A DNA stretch of 64,000 nucleotides from an uncultured Alphaproteobacteria bacterium (GTDB lineage Bacteria; Pseudomonadota; Alphaproteobacteria; Methylaequorales; Methylaequoraceae), in the NCBI GenBank assembly GCA_902522465.1, contig CABYVV010000005.1, positions 26,361 through 90,360 of the forward strand, in the 5' to 3' direction. The notes under the pieces are model-generated. The model was not told the origin of the DNA. It did no database searches and saw nothing but the letters and a program-made list of their open reading frames with translations. Made by a program: the position numbers and the translations under genes. Numbering within the stretch: the stretch's first letter is position 1; each line of letters opens with the position of its first letter. Positions 27,477-37,161 of this stretch are shown here, piece after piece.

Positions 27477-27833
27477 ATGGCAGATAATCAATCAATAATA
27501 GGAAAAGGAGCAATCTTTAAGGGAAAAATATCAAATGCTTCTACTATTGAAATTAACGGTAGAGTTGAAGCTGATATTAAATCTGATAAGGTAACTCTCG
27601 GAAAAGCTGCATCACTTGAAGGATCAATTATATCTGAACTGGTTGTAATTTCAGGAAATTATCAAGGAAAGATTAAGGCAGATTCTGTATGGTTAACAGA
27701 CTCATCAGTAATTACAGGGGAAATTAATTATAAATCTTTGCAAATGGATAGAGGTGCAGCACTTAATTGTAAAATTATTCATAACTGGGATGAAAACAAG
27801 TTGAGAAATAAAAAAGAGGAGTCTGATAATTAA
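27477..27833 (+). CDS. Bactofilin 2
   Basis: SIIGKGAIFKGKI...IEINGRVEADI...GEINYKSLQMDRGA. Confidence 0.9.
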   Translation: MADNQSIIGKGAIFKGKISNASTIEINGRVEADIKSDKVTLGKAASLEGSIISELVVISGNYQGKIKADSVWLTDSSVITGEINYKSLQMDRGAALNCKIIHNWDENKLRNKKEESDN

Positions 27834-27835
27834 AT

Positions 27836-28153
27836 ATGAGTGATGTAACATATATAAATAAAGATCTTTTAATGGAGGGCTCACTTGAGTCAAAAGATGG
27901 ACAGGTTGTAATTGCAGGTCATTATAAAGGAAATATTATTGCAAGGTCAGTTATAATTGAACAATCAGCTTTGTTCAATGGAAATATAAATGCAGAACAT
28001 CTCAAGGTTGAGGGCAAGGTAGATGGGGATATTACCGCAGATCTTCTTGAAGTATCTAATAGTGGGGTTATTGATGGTAAGTTAAAGACAAATTCTTTAT
28101 CCGTTGATACCGGCGCACAAATATCAGGAAATGTTGGAAGAATCTCTACTTAG
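27836..28153 (+). CDS. Bactofilin 3
   Basis: TYINKDLLMEGSL...VEGKVDGDI...LSVDTGAQISGNV. Confidence 0.9.
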   Translation: MSDVTYINKDLLMEGSLESKDGQVVIAGHYKGNIIARSVIIEQSALFNGNINAEHLKVEGKVDGDITADLLEVSNSGVIDGKLKTNSLSVDTGAQISGNVGRIST

Positions 28154-28396
28154 TTCAAATTTCTTTTGAGTCTCTATACAGTTTTTAAAAAAATTAATTG
28201 TGTGTTCCTCACCATCAAATTTTTCCAGATTTATAGACGCAAACCTTCCAGCCGCAAGTGAAACTGCCCACAAATCACTTTTATCTATAGCATATTTACT
28301 TAAAATTAATTCAACTTCATCTCTTATCTGTTCCATTTTTTCCCTTTTTTTCTTAATCAAACAAGGAAATTTAATAACATTATTTATTTTTTTCAT
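28124..28396 (-). CDS. Hypothetical protein (90 aa)
   Basis: Protein-like composition, N-terminal NVIKFP motif; fills the gap. Confidence 0.6.
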   Translation of the reverse strand: MKKINNVIKFPCLIKKKREKMEQIRDEVELILSKYAIDKSDLWAVSLAAGRFASINLEKFDGEEHTINFFKNCIETQKKFELSRDSSNIS

Positions 28397-28477
28397 GAAA
28401 GTTTTAACGGCATATTTTAAAATTATTTTAATAAATTATTTATTTATTTAAATCAAAGTTTTAGATATATAATAAAA

Positions 28478-28867
28478 ATGGATATGAAAAAAAAACCTCA
28501 AAATCTTCCAGTTAAAGCTAAACAAAATGAAGTAATAACTGTTAACCAAGAGAAATCTAATACTTTAGATATTACTCAAAAACTTCACCATCTAAAAAAC
28601 AGAGCAGATGTAAGAAAATATCTTCCAGATATTTTAGGAAGAGTCTTAGCTAGAATTTGGATTGATTCTGACTTCAAAGAAGAATTTGAGAAAGATCCCC
28701 AAAAAACACTTGAATATAATGGTGTTTATCTTCCAGAAGATATGTCTATAGAGTTCCAAAAACCTAATTCAGATAGACCAAGAATTGTCGTGTATGAACA
28801 ACGACCTAACTCTAGATTTAAATTAAGAGTTCTTTATCTACAACTCATAATGATGGCAGGTAGGTGA
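28478..28867 (+). CDS. Protein with nitrile-hydratase-leader (NHLP)-like domain
   Basis: RVLARIWIDSDFKEEFEKDPQKTLEYNGVYLPEDMSIEF resembles the NHLP leader / NHase alpha N-terminal motif. Confidence 0.6.
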   Translation: MDMKKKPQNLPVKAKQNEVITVNQEKSNTLDITQKLHHLKNRADVRKYLPDILGRVLARIWIDSDFKEEFEKDPQKTLEYNGVYLPEDMSIEFQKPNSDRPRIVVYEQRPNSRFKLRVLYLQLIMMAGR

Positions 28868-29514
28868 AAAAATATATTTTTATAATTTTGTTCAATTGCG
28901 TCATTACAAACGTTTTTGCAGACAACCATAAAGATATTAAAAACAATATTATTGATGACGAAAGTTATTATAAAAAAGGAGTAGGTTTTTATGATAATGG
29001 GGAATTTAAAAAATCATTCATTGTTTTTTTCAATCTTGCTGAGAAAGGAAATAAGGATGCTATTTTTAACTTATCAAACATGTTTTATGAGGGAATTGGA
29101 ACAACGCAGGACTTCAGCAAATCTCTGGAATACACATGGCTGTGTTCATTAAATGGAAATAAAAGATGTTTAAAAAAGATCGAATCTATAGAAGAAAAGT
29201 TAGACAAAGATGAGTTCATTAAAATATCTCAAAGAATTCCAGAAATTTTAGAAAAGGATTTTGTAAATTTAAATGACAAAATTTCAGCTTTCAAACTAGG
29301 TTATTGGTATGAAAAAATTTCACCAGAAATTGATTTTGAAAAATCATATTTATGGTATTCTGTTTCTGTAACTGCTGGCGTTTATAAAGCAATGAAAATG
29401 AGAGATAGAGTTGGAAAGATGATTGAAAAAAAAAAAATTTTAGCTATTCAGGAACAAGCAAATCAGATTTATACTAAAGATATGTATTTTAACTCAAAAA
29501 AGGAAGATGAATGA
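28864..29514 (+). CDS. Secreted Sel1-repeat protein
   Basis: LAEKGNKDAIFNLSNMFYEGIGTTQDF and DFEKSYLWYSVS repeats; signal peptide. Confidence 0.85.
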   Translation: MKKYIFIILFNCVITNVFADNHKDIKNNIIDDESYYKKGVGFYDNGEFKKSFIVFFNLAEKGNKDAIFNLSNMFYEGIGTTQDFSKSLEYTWLCSLNGNKRCLKKIESIEEKLDKDEFIKISQRIPEILEKDFVNLNDKISAFKLGYWYEKISPEIDFEKSYLWYSVSVTAGVYKAMKMRDRVGKMIEKKKILAIQEQANQIYTKDMYFNSKKEDE

Positions 29515-29753
29515 TTTTTAAAGTTCATTGGATCATTGATGGTATAGCTGAAATAGACGCTAAAAGTAAAACAGAAGCTGAAAAAATAGTTCAGGAAGGT
29601 TTAGAAAATTACGTAAAAGAATCTGATGTTTTGATGAATAAGTTTGTTGCAAAGTCAATTCAAGGTACTGCATATGAACCAGGAAGTGATGAAAATAAAA
29701 AAAAAAATGAAGATGAAAACACTAAAACTAACACCGATTTGGAAAATTCTTAG
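29511..29753 (+). CDS. Hypothetical protein (80 aa)
   Basis: ATGA-coupled to the Sel1 gene; beta-beta-alpha-like EIDAKSKTEAEKIV pattern. Confidence 0.65.
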   Translation: MIFKVHWIIDGIAEIDAKSKTEAEKIVQEGLENYVKESDVLMNKFVAKSIQGTAYEPGSDENKKKNEDENTKTNTDLENS

Positions 29754-30024
29754 CTTTACTTTAATATTCGCATTTCTCATTCCAACTACTGCTATTTCAC
29801 TCCCTAAATCTAAAGGCAGAACGTATGCGCCCGAGGAAGGAACCTTTGACAGAAGAAAAAGGATAGTAATTCAACCAAAATGTAGATTAATTAGTGAGAA
29901 AAAAATCCCTGACGATGTTATATGTACATATCAGTCTCAAAAAAGAGGAGCAAAAGAAAAACAAATATATTTAGGGTCACCAGGTAACACCTGTCAAAAA
30001 GAGATTGTATGCCCAAAGAAATAG
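29707..30024 (+). CDS. Small secreted protein with four Cys
   Basis: Signal peptide (ILSFTLIFAFLIPTTAIS) and a mature part with 4 Cys. Start moved to ATG 29707 (29713 also possible). Confidence 0.65.
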   Translation: MKMKTLKLTPIWKILSFTLIFAFLIPTTAISLPKSKGRTYAPEEGTFDRRKRIVIQPKCRLISEKKIPDDVICTYQSQKRGAKEKQIYLGSPGNTCQKEIVCPKK

Positions 30025-30029
30025 CTCAA

Positions 30030-30960
30030 ATGGAGTGGGAAAATAAATTATCATAAAATAAGATTAAGATGCTGGCAACTACTTGAACCAGGTCAGGAGA
30101 AAGATTATCTAAGCAAAATCATTGATCTTTTTCTATTAGCGTTAATAACACTTAATGTTTTTTCAGTAATACTAGAGACGGTCGATCAAGTATACTATAG
30201 ATTTGAGATTTATTTCTCACGCTTCGAATATTTTTCAGTATTTGTTTTTACAGTCGAATATTTATTAAGATTATGGTCTTGTGTCTCTGATAAAGTAAAT
30301 GAAGACACCAACTCAAAAAAAAGATTAAAATATATATTTAGTTTTGGAGCAATTATAGATGCAGTTGCCATATTGCCGAGTTTAATTGCAATTTTTTACC
30401 CATCAATTGATTTAAGGTTTATAAGAGCATTAAGAATAATAAGGTTACTAAAATTCTCCAGATATTCTGGTTCTATAAATAGTCTTATTTCTGTTTTATG
30501 GGATCAAAGAAGATCATTTGGCGCTGCATTTTTTTTACTTTTCATTGCGCTTATAATAGTTTCAAGTGGAATGTATCTTGTAGAAAAAGATATTCAACCA
30601 GAAAAGTTTGGAAGCATCCCACACTCCATGTGGTGGGCACTAGTGACACTCACAACAGTTGGATATGGAGATGTATACCCTGTAACACCTTTAGGAAAAA
30701 TGTTTGGATCAATAAGTATTATCCTTGGCATCGGTACAGTTGCATTGCCAGCGGGGATAATGGCATCTGCTTTTACTGAATTCACAAGACGCAATCAAAA
30801 ACGCTACGAAGATAAATTTAAAGATATGCTACAAGATGATGTAATTGATAAGGATGAAAGAGAAGAACTTAAATTATTATCTGAAAAACTCAATTTGTCT
30901 GACGAAGATATAGGTGCAATAGAAGAGCATTATAAGGAAAGAAAAAAAAAAGAAAACTAA
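30030..30960 (+). CDS. Voltage-gated potassium channel (6TM); start codon unresolved
   Basis: TTVGYGD filter and S4 LRFIRALRIIRLLK. The frame is open from 30025 and encodes S1-S3 (LITLNVFSVILET, FTVEYLLRLWS, IIDAVAILP) upstream of the ORF-track start at 30373. Confidence 0.85.
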
Positions 30961-33900
30961 CCTACTGAACCTATAAAATGAGTTATGCCAGTGCTCACCC
31001 TCCTTGCACATTCATACAATGCTTCCAATTGCTTAAATATATTTTTTTCTTCTTTAGTGTAATTGATATTCGTTTCACTGACATAATTTGATTTATCTGA
31101 AAATCCTGAATTAGAAGTCTTTTCCCTTCCTACAGGAAAAATTTTCCTCAATATACTTACAGCGTCAACCACATCAAATCGTATTAACTTAGCTATAATT
31201 TCATCTCTTGAAGTACCTGCTTGATCACTAAATTTTGGAACTCTTACTGAAAGTAAAAAAATTTCATGAAAGATAGCTACTCTTACTCCATGCATAAGTA
31301 ATAATTCGTCTCTGATCTCTTTTTCAATTACTCTTCCTCTTCCCACTGCAATTCTGCCTCTAAGTTTTCTTCCCAAAATCCAATTTCTAATTTCCATATA
31401 CTCTTGATGTAATTTTCTGTAAACTTTGTGAAGTCTCCAATGTACATCAAATTTTTCAAGGAGGTTAGCGACTTCTTTCATATTTTCACTCCTTTCAGAA
31501 TCAGCTGTTCTTGTCGACCAAGAAAGCCACATTCCTGGATCAAAACAATCTATATATGCTTTAAGGACTTCAATATCACTAAATGCAAATGCATGCTGTA
31601 CAATATCCATTATTCTCCTGAACCTCTCTGATTTGTTGTAATATTTTATAAATTTTTTTGGATCTTTTTTTAAATAACTACCAATGCCACCGAGTGAGTT
31701 TGCAAGCATACCAAGTTGTTGTAAAATTGAATTTTGAGGGATTGCTCTTGTTTGGCTTGGATGATAAACTAATGTTTTTACTGAATTATCAACATGCCTT
31801 TTCACAGATCTTGAACCAGTTGAATGAGTTAAGTTTGATCCAAAAATATTTAAGAGAGCTGCATAGTTTGGATCATCCATAATTTCAGTGTTAAAGTTTT
31901 TAATTGTATTTACAAATTCAATCCCAAAATCAGGTGATTCATAAAATGGATCATTAACAAAAAGATTTTCTTTGCCAAAACAAAACTCAACTATTCTTGA
32001 AATAGACGCTAATGCTAGGTCATGATTCATAAAATGCTGATAACCATCACCACCCTGAAAACTAATTTCCTGAATTAAATTAATTTTCCATTCTTTAAGT
32101 TTTTTTCTTGTATAATTACAATTAACATATTTCAGCCTATCTGATAAAGATACTGGGTGCCCGCCTCTTCCGATAGACTCTCCATGTGTGTTAAATATTA
32201 ATAATTTAACTTCGGTAAGGTTGTGATCATGCATTGCTTTAGCAATTTTTCTTTGTAAATTTTCTATTGAGAGAACTGCAGCTGACTGACCCAAATATCT
32301 TCCTGCGTCAGAAAAACCTGTTTGAACGGTAAGTTTTTTTCTAGAAATCAGATATTTTTTAAAATTATGGTTTTTTAACAACGTCTTAATAACATCATGA
32401 CCCATTTCTAGACCCCGTTCAGTCTCAAACAATGGCGATATATCAATTTTTTCTTCAACACCAAATAATTTTGAGAAGTATAAAGCAGTCATTACAGTTA
32501 ATGGATAATCACACTCGGCTATAAGAAATCTAATAGGTTGATTTTCATCAATATACTTTAAGATTTGTTTTGTTAACATAAAATACCTTCTTGCATTCAT
32601 ATTTTCTTCAAATATGCTACCAAAATTTATTTTCACCGGTTTTACTTTATCGATTAATCTGGAAATAATGTTTAAGTATGTAATTTTATTTGAAGGATCA
32701 TTTGGGTCACCGGTTAAATCAATTTCCTTTGAAATCGCATTATTAAGTTGATTCGCATTTAATCTTAAGTGCGTTCTGCCTAAACCAAGTCCAAAGTTAA
32801 TAATCTCAATTTTCATAAGAATTAGACTATCAATTACTTTTTGTTGTTCATTAATCTCTTTTTTCCTAATTGAAGCAATTAATTGATCAAAAATAATAGT
32901 AAGTTGGTTTGTATTTGTTAATAATTTTGATTTATTTTTATGCATAAAATTTGAAATTTTCTTTATGAGAGAAAAATCATCTACAAAAGCTTTTTGCGAA
33001 AAACTTTCATGAGCCTCAGTATTAACTGATATTGAATGATTTAAAATCTCTTTGACTTTAAATAGCTCTTTTTTTAATGATTTACTTTTAGAATCTTTGA
33101 TAAGTTGATCTAAGCTTTCATTATACAACTCCAATTGAGCTAATTTTACCTCAAGCCTTTTTGCAAAACTATCATTCCAGAAAATATCTCCTCTTCCATC
33201 AACATCATATCCTACCCAAGTGTAAAGTTTGAATATTTGTGGTTGAATATGATAATACTCATCAGGGTATAAATTTTTTGATACATCTAAAACAACTTTA
33301 AAAAATGTCTTTAGTGATTTTTGTAAGTATTTTAATGCTGACATTGACAACTTGTGTTCAAAATCAAGCGTTATTTTTTTTTCAGGTCTTTGCTCTGTTT
33401 TAAAAACTTCTTTTACGATTTTTTTAAGTTCTTTATCAGTTAAATATTTGTTTTTTTCTTTAGATGTTGCTAACTTTGCTAATTCAATCATCATTTTGTA
33501 TGTCATTCCAAAGGTAGGATGTGCAGTTAAAACTATTCCAAACACTTCTGTTTTTAAAATTGAATTAAACTCCTCAAAAGATATCAGAGTATTTTTTTTA
33601 TAAGCTAGGGACTTTATATGTTTTTCAATGACCAAGATATTTTTTTTTAAATCAGTAGTTCCCATGTAAGATTTTAGTCTATCTGCTCTAAGTCCAAATG
33701 ATCCAACTGCAAGTCTTTGTATAAGTGCTTCAAGGGCAGAGTAATTTAATTTATTTTTTTCCAATCTTCTAGAAATATCAAGTGCAAGCATTGTTATAGA
33801 ATTAGAAAAAGGATCTTTTTCAGCCCCAGATCTAATTTTATCTAAGTCTTTTTGGAGTATTTTTCTTAATTGTTGAGTATCTATATCCCTGTCTACTGGA

Positions 33901-33986
33901 AAACAACTCCATGTTTCGGGCAATAATGGTTTCCTATATAAATCCATTTCCGAATGAGATAATTTTCTTATATTTATACTTGTCAT
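30957..33986 (-). CDS. ppc: Phosphoenolpyruvate carboxylase, atypical type
   Basis: VLTAHPT, ISPLFET, GFSD, GESIGRGG and RAIP motifs; 1009 aa. Confidence 0.85.
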   Translation of the reverse strand: MTSINIRKLSHSEMDLYRKPLLPETWSCFPVDRDIDTQQLRKILQKDLDKIRSGAEKDPFSNSITMLALDISRRLEKNKLNYSALEALIQRLAVGSFGLRADRLKSYMGTTDLKKNILVIEKHIKSLAYKKNTLISFEEFNSILKTEVFGIVLTAHPTFGMTYKMMIELAKLATSKEKNKYLTDKELKKIVKEVFKTEQRPEKKITLDFEHKLSMSALKYLQKSLKTFFKVVLDVSKNLYPDEYYHIQPQIFKLYTWVGYDVDGRGDIFWNDSFAKRLEVKLAQLELYNESLDQLIKDSKSKSLKKELFKVKEILNHSISVNTEAHESFSQKAFVDDFSLIKKISNFMHKNKSKLLTNTNQLTIIFDQLIASIRKKEINEQQKVIDSLILMKIEIINFGLGLGRTHLRLNANQLNNAISKEIDLTGDPNDPSNKITYLNIISRLIDKVKPVKINFGSIFEENMNARRYFMLTKQILKYIDENQPIRFLIAECDYPLTVMTALYFSKLFGVEEKIDISPLFETERGLEMGHDVIKTLLKNHNFKKYLISRKKLTVQTGFSDAGRYLGQSAAVLSIENLQRKIAKAMHDHNLTEVKLLIFNTHGESIGRGGHPVSLSDRLKYVNCNYTRKKLKEWKINLIQEISFQGGDGYQHFMNHDLALASISRIVEFCFGKENLFVNDPFYESPDFGIEFVNTIKNFNTEIMDDPNYAALLNIFGSNLTHSTGSRSVKRHVDNSVKTLVYHPSQTRAIPQNSILQQLGMLANSLGGIGSYLKKDPKKFIKYYNKSERFRRIMDIVQHAFAFSDIEVLKAYIDCFDPGMWLSWSTRTADSERSENMKEVANLLEKFDVHWRLHKVYRKLHQEYMEIRNWILGRKLRGRIAVGRGRVIEKEIRDELLLMHGVRVAIFHEIFLLSVRVPKFSDQAGTSRDEIIAKLIRFDVVDAVSILRKIFPVGREKTSNSGFSDKSNYVSETNINYTKEEKNIFKQLEALYECARRVSTGITHFIGSVG

Positions 33987-34061
33987 GTTGCGAAAAATTA
34001 TATATTAGGTTTATATCATAAATTGCTATCATTAATATGATGTTTTAAAAGAAAATATTTA

Positions 34062-34832
34062 ATGGCTCTCTTAAAAGAAAAAGTTACACACATTCACCAC
34101 TGGACAGATAAAACCTTTAGTTTTAAAACAACTCGTAACCCTGGGTTTAGGTTTAAAAATGGAGAATTTGCAATGATAGGTTTGGAAATAGAGGGAAAGC
34201 CATTGCTAAGAGCATACTCTGTTGTTAGCCCAAATCATGAAGATCACCTTGAATTCCTTAGTATAAAAGTTCCTAATGGTCCATTAACTAGTAAACTTCA
34301 ACACATTAAAGAAAATGATGAAATCGTTGTTAATTCAAAACCAACTGGAACATTGGTGTGTGATTATCTTCTGCCAGGAAGAAATCTTTTTTTATTTTCT
34401 ACTGGTACTGGATTAGCTCCATTTATGAGTATTGTGAGAGATCCAGAAACATATGAAAAATTTGAAAAAATAATTTTAACCCATACAGTACGTAAAGTTA
34501 ATGAATTAGCTTATAAAGATTTATTAGATAATCTCAATAGTGATGATGTGTATAGAGAGGTAACTAAAGGACAATTTATTTATTTTAATACAGTGACGAG
34601 AGAAACTTGGGAGAGAGAAGGAAGAATAACAGATTGGATAACAAATAAAAAACTCTGGAGTAAGGTTAATGTTCCTGAATTTAATCCTTCACATGATAGA
34701 GTCATGATCTGTGGTTCTGAATCAATGACATTCGATTTGAAGAAAATTTTTGAAGACATGGGCTCTTCAGAAGGATCAACAAAGATTCAGGGAGGGTTTG
34801 TTATTGAAAAAGCCTTTGCTGAAAAATCATGA
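34062..34832 (+). CDS. fpr: Ferredoxin-NADP+ reductase (bacterial subclass I)
   Basis: RAYS, GPLTS, TGTGLAPF, MICGS and C-terminal EKAFAEK. Confidence 0.95.
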   Translation: MALLKEKVTHIHHWTDKTFSFKTTRNPGFRFKNGEFAMIGLEIEGKPLLRAYSVVSPNHEDHLEFLSIKVPNGPLTSKLQHIKENDEIVVNSKPTGTLVCDYLLPGRNLFLFSTGTGLAPFMSIVRDPETYEKFEKIILTHTVRKVNELAYKDLLDNLNSDDVYREVTKGQFIYFNTVTRETWEREGRITDWITNKKLWSKVNVPEFNPSHDRVMICGSESMTFDLKKIFEDMGSSEGSTKIQGGFVIEKAFAEKS

Positions 34833-35467
34833 TTAAATTAATTTATTTTGACTTTAATTTTTGGAGAATAGATATATTAAGATTAAGTCTAGCTCATTCT
34901 AATATTCCTTATAAGTTTGAACGTTTGGTAAGAAATGAATGGCCAAACAATAAGAAAAAATTTCCGTTTGGTCAACTTCCTGTAATGGTTTTAAATAAAA
35001 AGGTATTTTCTCACACACATTCGTTAGCAAGATATTGTGCAAAAAAAGCAATGCTTTACGATGAAAATGAAATTAAAATTTTAGTAATTGATCAAGTTTT
35101 GGACTGGGCAAATGAAATAACAAATCTAATTGCTCCATCAATAAGAGCAGCTATGCGTGAAAAAAATTTTGAAAAATCAAAAAAATTAAGATTAGCTTTT
35201 ATAAAAAATGACCTATTAATATGGTTTTCTTATTTACAATCACTGTTTCAGAAATCCTCAATAAATGGTCAATTTTTTACAGACAAATTTAGTATTGCAG
35301 ATATTACGGCTTGGAGGGTTATTTATTGGTTTACGTCAGGACATCTAGATATGATTGACAAAACCTTTATTGACAAATTACCAGACTTAAAAAAGTTTTA
35401 TGAAAATATAAATAATTACCAACCACTCACAAAACTTCCAGAGTTTAAGGCTATTACTAAGAATTAA
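34829..35467 (+). CDS. Glutathione S-transferase family protein
   Basis: N-terminal LIYFD, PFGQLPVM and FSIADI motifs. Confidence 0.85.
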   Translation: MIKLIYFDFNFWRIDILRLSLAHSNIPYKFERLVRNEWPNNKKKFPFGQLPVMVLNKKVFSHTHSLARYCAKKAMLYDENEIKILVIDQVLDWANEITNLIAPSIRAAMREKNFEKSKKLRLAFIKNDLLIWFSYLQSLFQKSSINGQFFTDKFSIADITAWRVIYWFTSGHLDMIDKTFIDKLPDLKKFYENINNYQPLTKLPEFKAITKN

Positions 35468-36726
35468 TTTTTACCAGAAATTTGAATCTCAATAGGAAAT
35501 TTTTTTCTCATCCAAAAAAGAATTAATAAACCAGGTAAACCAAATATAGTTGAAATAATAAAAAAATTACCCCAGCCAAATGATTCCACTATGAATCCTG
35601 AAGGTGAGGATAAGAATGTTCTTGCCAGACCCATAAAAGAAGAAAGCAATGCATATTGTGTTGCGGAATACTCTTTCTTGCATAATACTGATAGATAAGC
35701 TACAAACGCCGCTGATCCCAAACCTCCTGAAAAATTTTCTCCAGCAACTGTAATAAGCAAAAATACAAAATCTGCCCCGACACTATTTAACATAACATAT
35801 AACAAGTTTGAAAATATTTGAAAGATCCCTGAGACAATCAAAGAATTAATTAAACCAACTTGATTTACTAAATAACCACCGATAAAAACTCCAAATAATG
35901 TCATTATCACACCAAAAATCTTGCTTGCATTAGCAATCTCTATATTTGAGAAGCCTATTTTAACGTAAAATGGATTCGCCATTATACCAGCAACAACATC
36001 TCCAAACTTAAAAAAAAATATAAATAGTAGAACTATTCCTATTTTTAAAAAACTATTTCTACATACAAACTCTTTGAAAGGGGCTAAAAGGTTCTCATTA
36101 TTGTTATTGATTTCACTAACACTTTCTAACTTTATGAGAAATATTGTAAATATTGACAGCACAAAAATTATTCCAGAAATAATTATAAAAACTATGGGCC
36201 AGGAGTATAAATTTTTAAGATAAAGAGAACCAGCACCTGCTAAAATACCTCCAAACCTATAACCAAATTGAGTTGCGGCCGCTCCTGCTCCTTGCAGTTC
36301 ATCATTAAGAATTTCAATTCTAAAAGCATCAATAACTATGTCTTGATTTGCAGAAAAAAAGGCTGTTGATAAAGCAAAAAATGCTGTTAGAAGTAAATTT
36401 TGGGAAGGATTACTTGATCCTAAAAATATTAGGGAAATTATTAAAAAAATTTGAGTTATTAATAACCAGGATTTTCTCATTCCCAGATACTTTGAGAGAA
36501 TAGGTATTTTATAAGTATCAACAATTGGAGCCCAGAGAAATTTTAAACTCCATGGTATCTGGGTCAATGCGAATAATCCAACTGTTGAGATATCGATGTT
36601 TTCTCGTGTTAACCAAATAAATAAGGTTGATAACACCATATAAAGTGGGATACCACTGGCTATTCCCATTAAAAAAATTACAAATATTTTTTTGGATAAA
36701 TAAATATTTAAAAAATTCTTATTCAT
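35464..36726 (-). CDS. ampG: Muropeptide MFS transporter AmpG
   Basis: ASGIPL, PWSLKFLWAP, QDIVIDAFRIE and SATQYALLSS motifs. Confidence 0.93.
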   Translation of the reverse strand: MNKNFLNIYLSKKIFVIFLMGIASGIPLYMVLSTLFIWLTRENIDISTVGLFALTQIPWSLKFLWAPIVDTYKIPILSKYLGMRKSWLLITQIFLIISLIFLGSSNPSQNLLLTAFFALSTAFFSANQDIVIDAFRIEILNDELQGAGAAATQFGYRFGGILAGAGSLYLKNLYSWPIVFIIISGIIFVLSIFTIFLIKLESVSEINNNNENLLAPFKEFVCRNSFLKIGIVLLFIFFFKFGDVVAGIMANPFYVKIGFSNIEIANASKIFGVIMTLFGVFIGGYLVNQVGLINSLIVSGIFQIFSNLLYVMLNSVGADFVFLLITVAGENFSGGLGSAAFVAYLSVLCKKEYSATQYALLSSFMGLARTFLSSPSGFIVESFGWGNFFIISTIFGLPGLLILFWMRKKFPIEIQISGKN

Positions 36727-36768
36727 AATTATTGTTGAATTTTAGTTTATAATAACAATAATAGGTAT

Positions 36769-37161
36769 ATGTTAATTAAAATAATCATTTATTGTTTTTC
36801 ATTCTTAAGTCTAGTTTCATTTGAAAAAGCAAATTCCTCTGATCACATTCCAAATATTGTAGGAACTTGGGTAGGCGTAAACAAAACATTATCAGAACAA
36901 AGAGGATTCAGAACCTGGGAAAAAAAAGTAGAGATACTTGAACAAAAAGGAAGAAGGTTTAAAGGTACATTTTCATATACCGACGGAACAAAAAATTTTT
37001 TCGGGGTAATCCACCCGGATAACGTGACTGTAACATGGGTTGCTTCAAATAGTAGAGGCTACAATTTAGGAAAGCTATTAGATAAAAATAGATTAAGTGC
37101 TTGTTATGTAGAATCTGGAATTGACGCAACAGCAGGCTGCGCAGATTTAGAAAGAAAATAA
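36769..37161 (+). CDS. Secreted hypothetical beta-rich protein
   Basis: Signal peptide, PNIVGTWVG motif and two C-terminal Cys. Confidence 0.7.
   Translation: MLIKIIIYCFSFLSLVSFEKANSSDHIPNIVGTWVGVNKTLSEQRGFRTWEKKVEILEQKGRRFKGTFSYTDGTKNFFGVIHPDNVTVTWVASNSRGYNLGKLLDKNRLSACYVESGIDATAGCADLERK

Noticed and set aside
28478..28867. Bona fide RiPP (NHLP) biosynthetic cluster or nitrile hydratase
   Set aside because: No core peptide, no modifying enzymes or peptidase-ABC exporter, and no CxxCSC metal site.
34029..34048. ATCAT-N4-ATGAT dyad between ppc and fpr
   Set aside because: Short, AT-only and single-copy; no regulator can be assigned.
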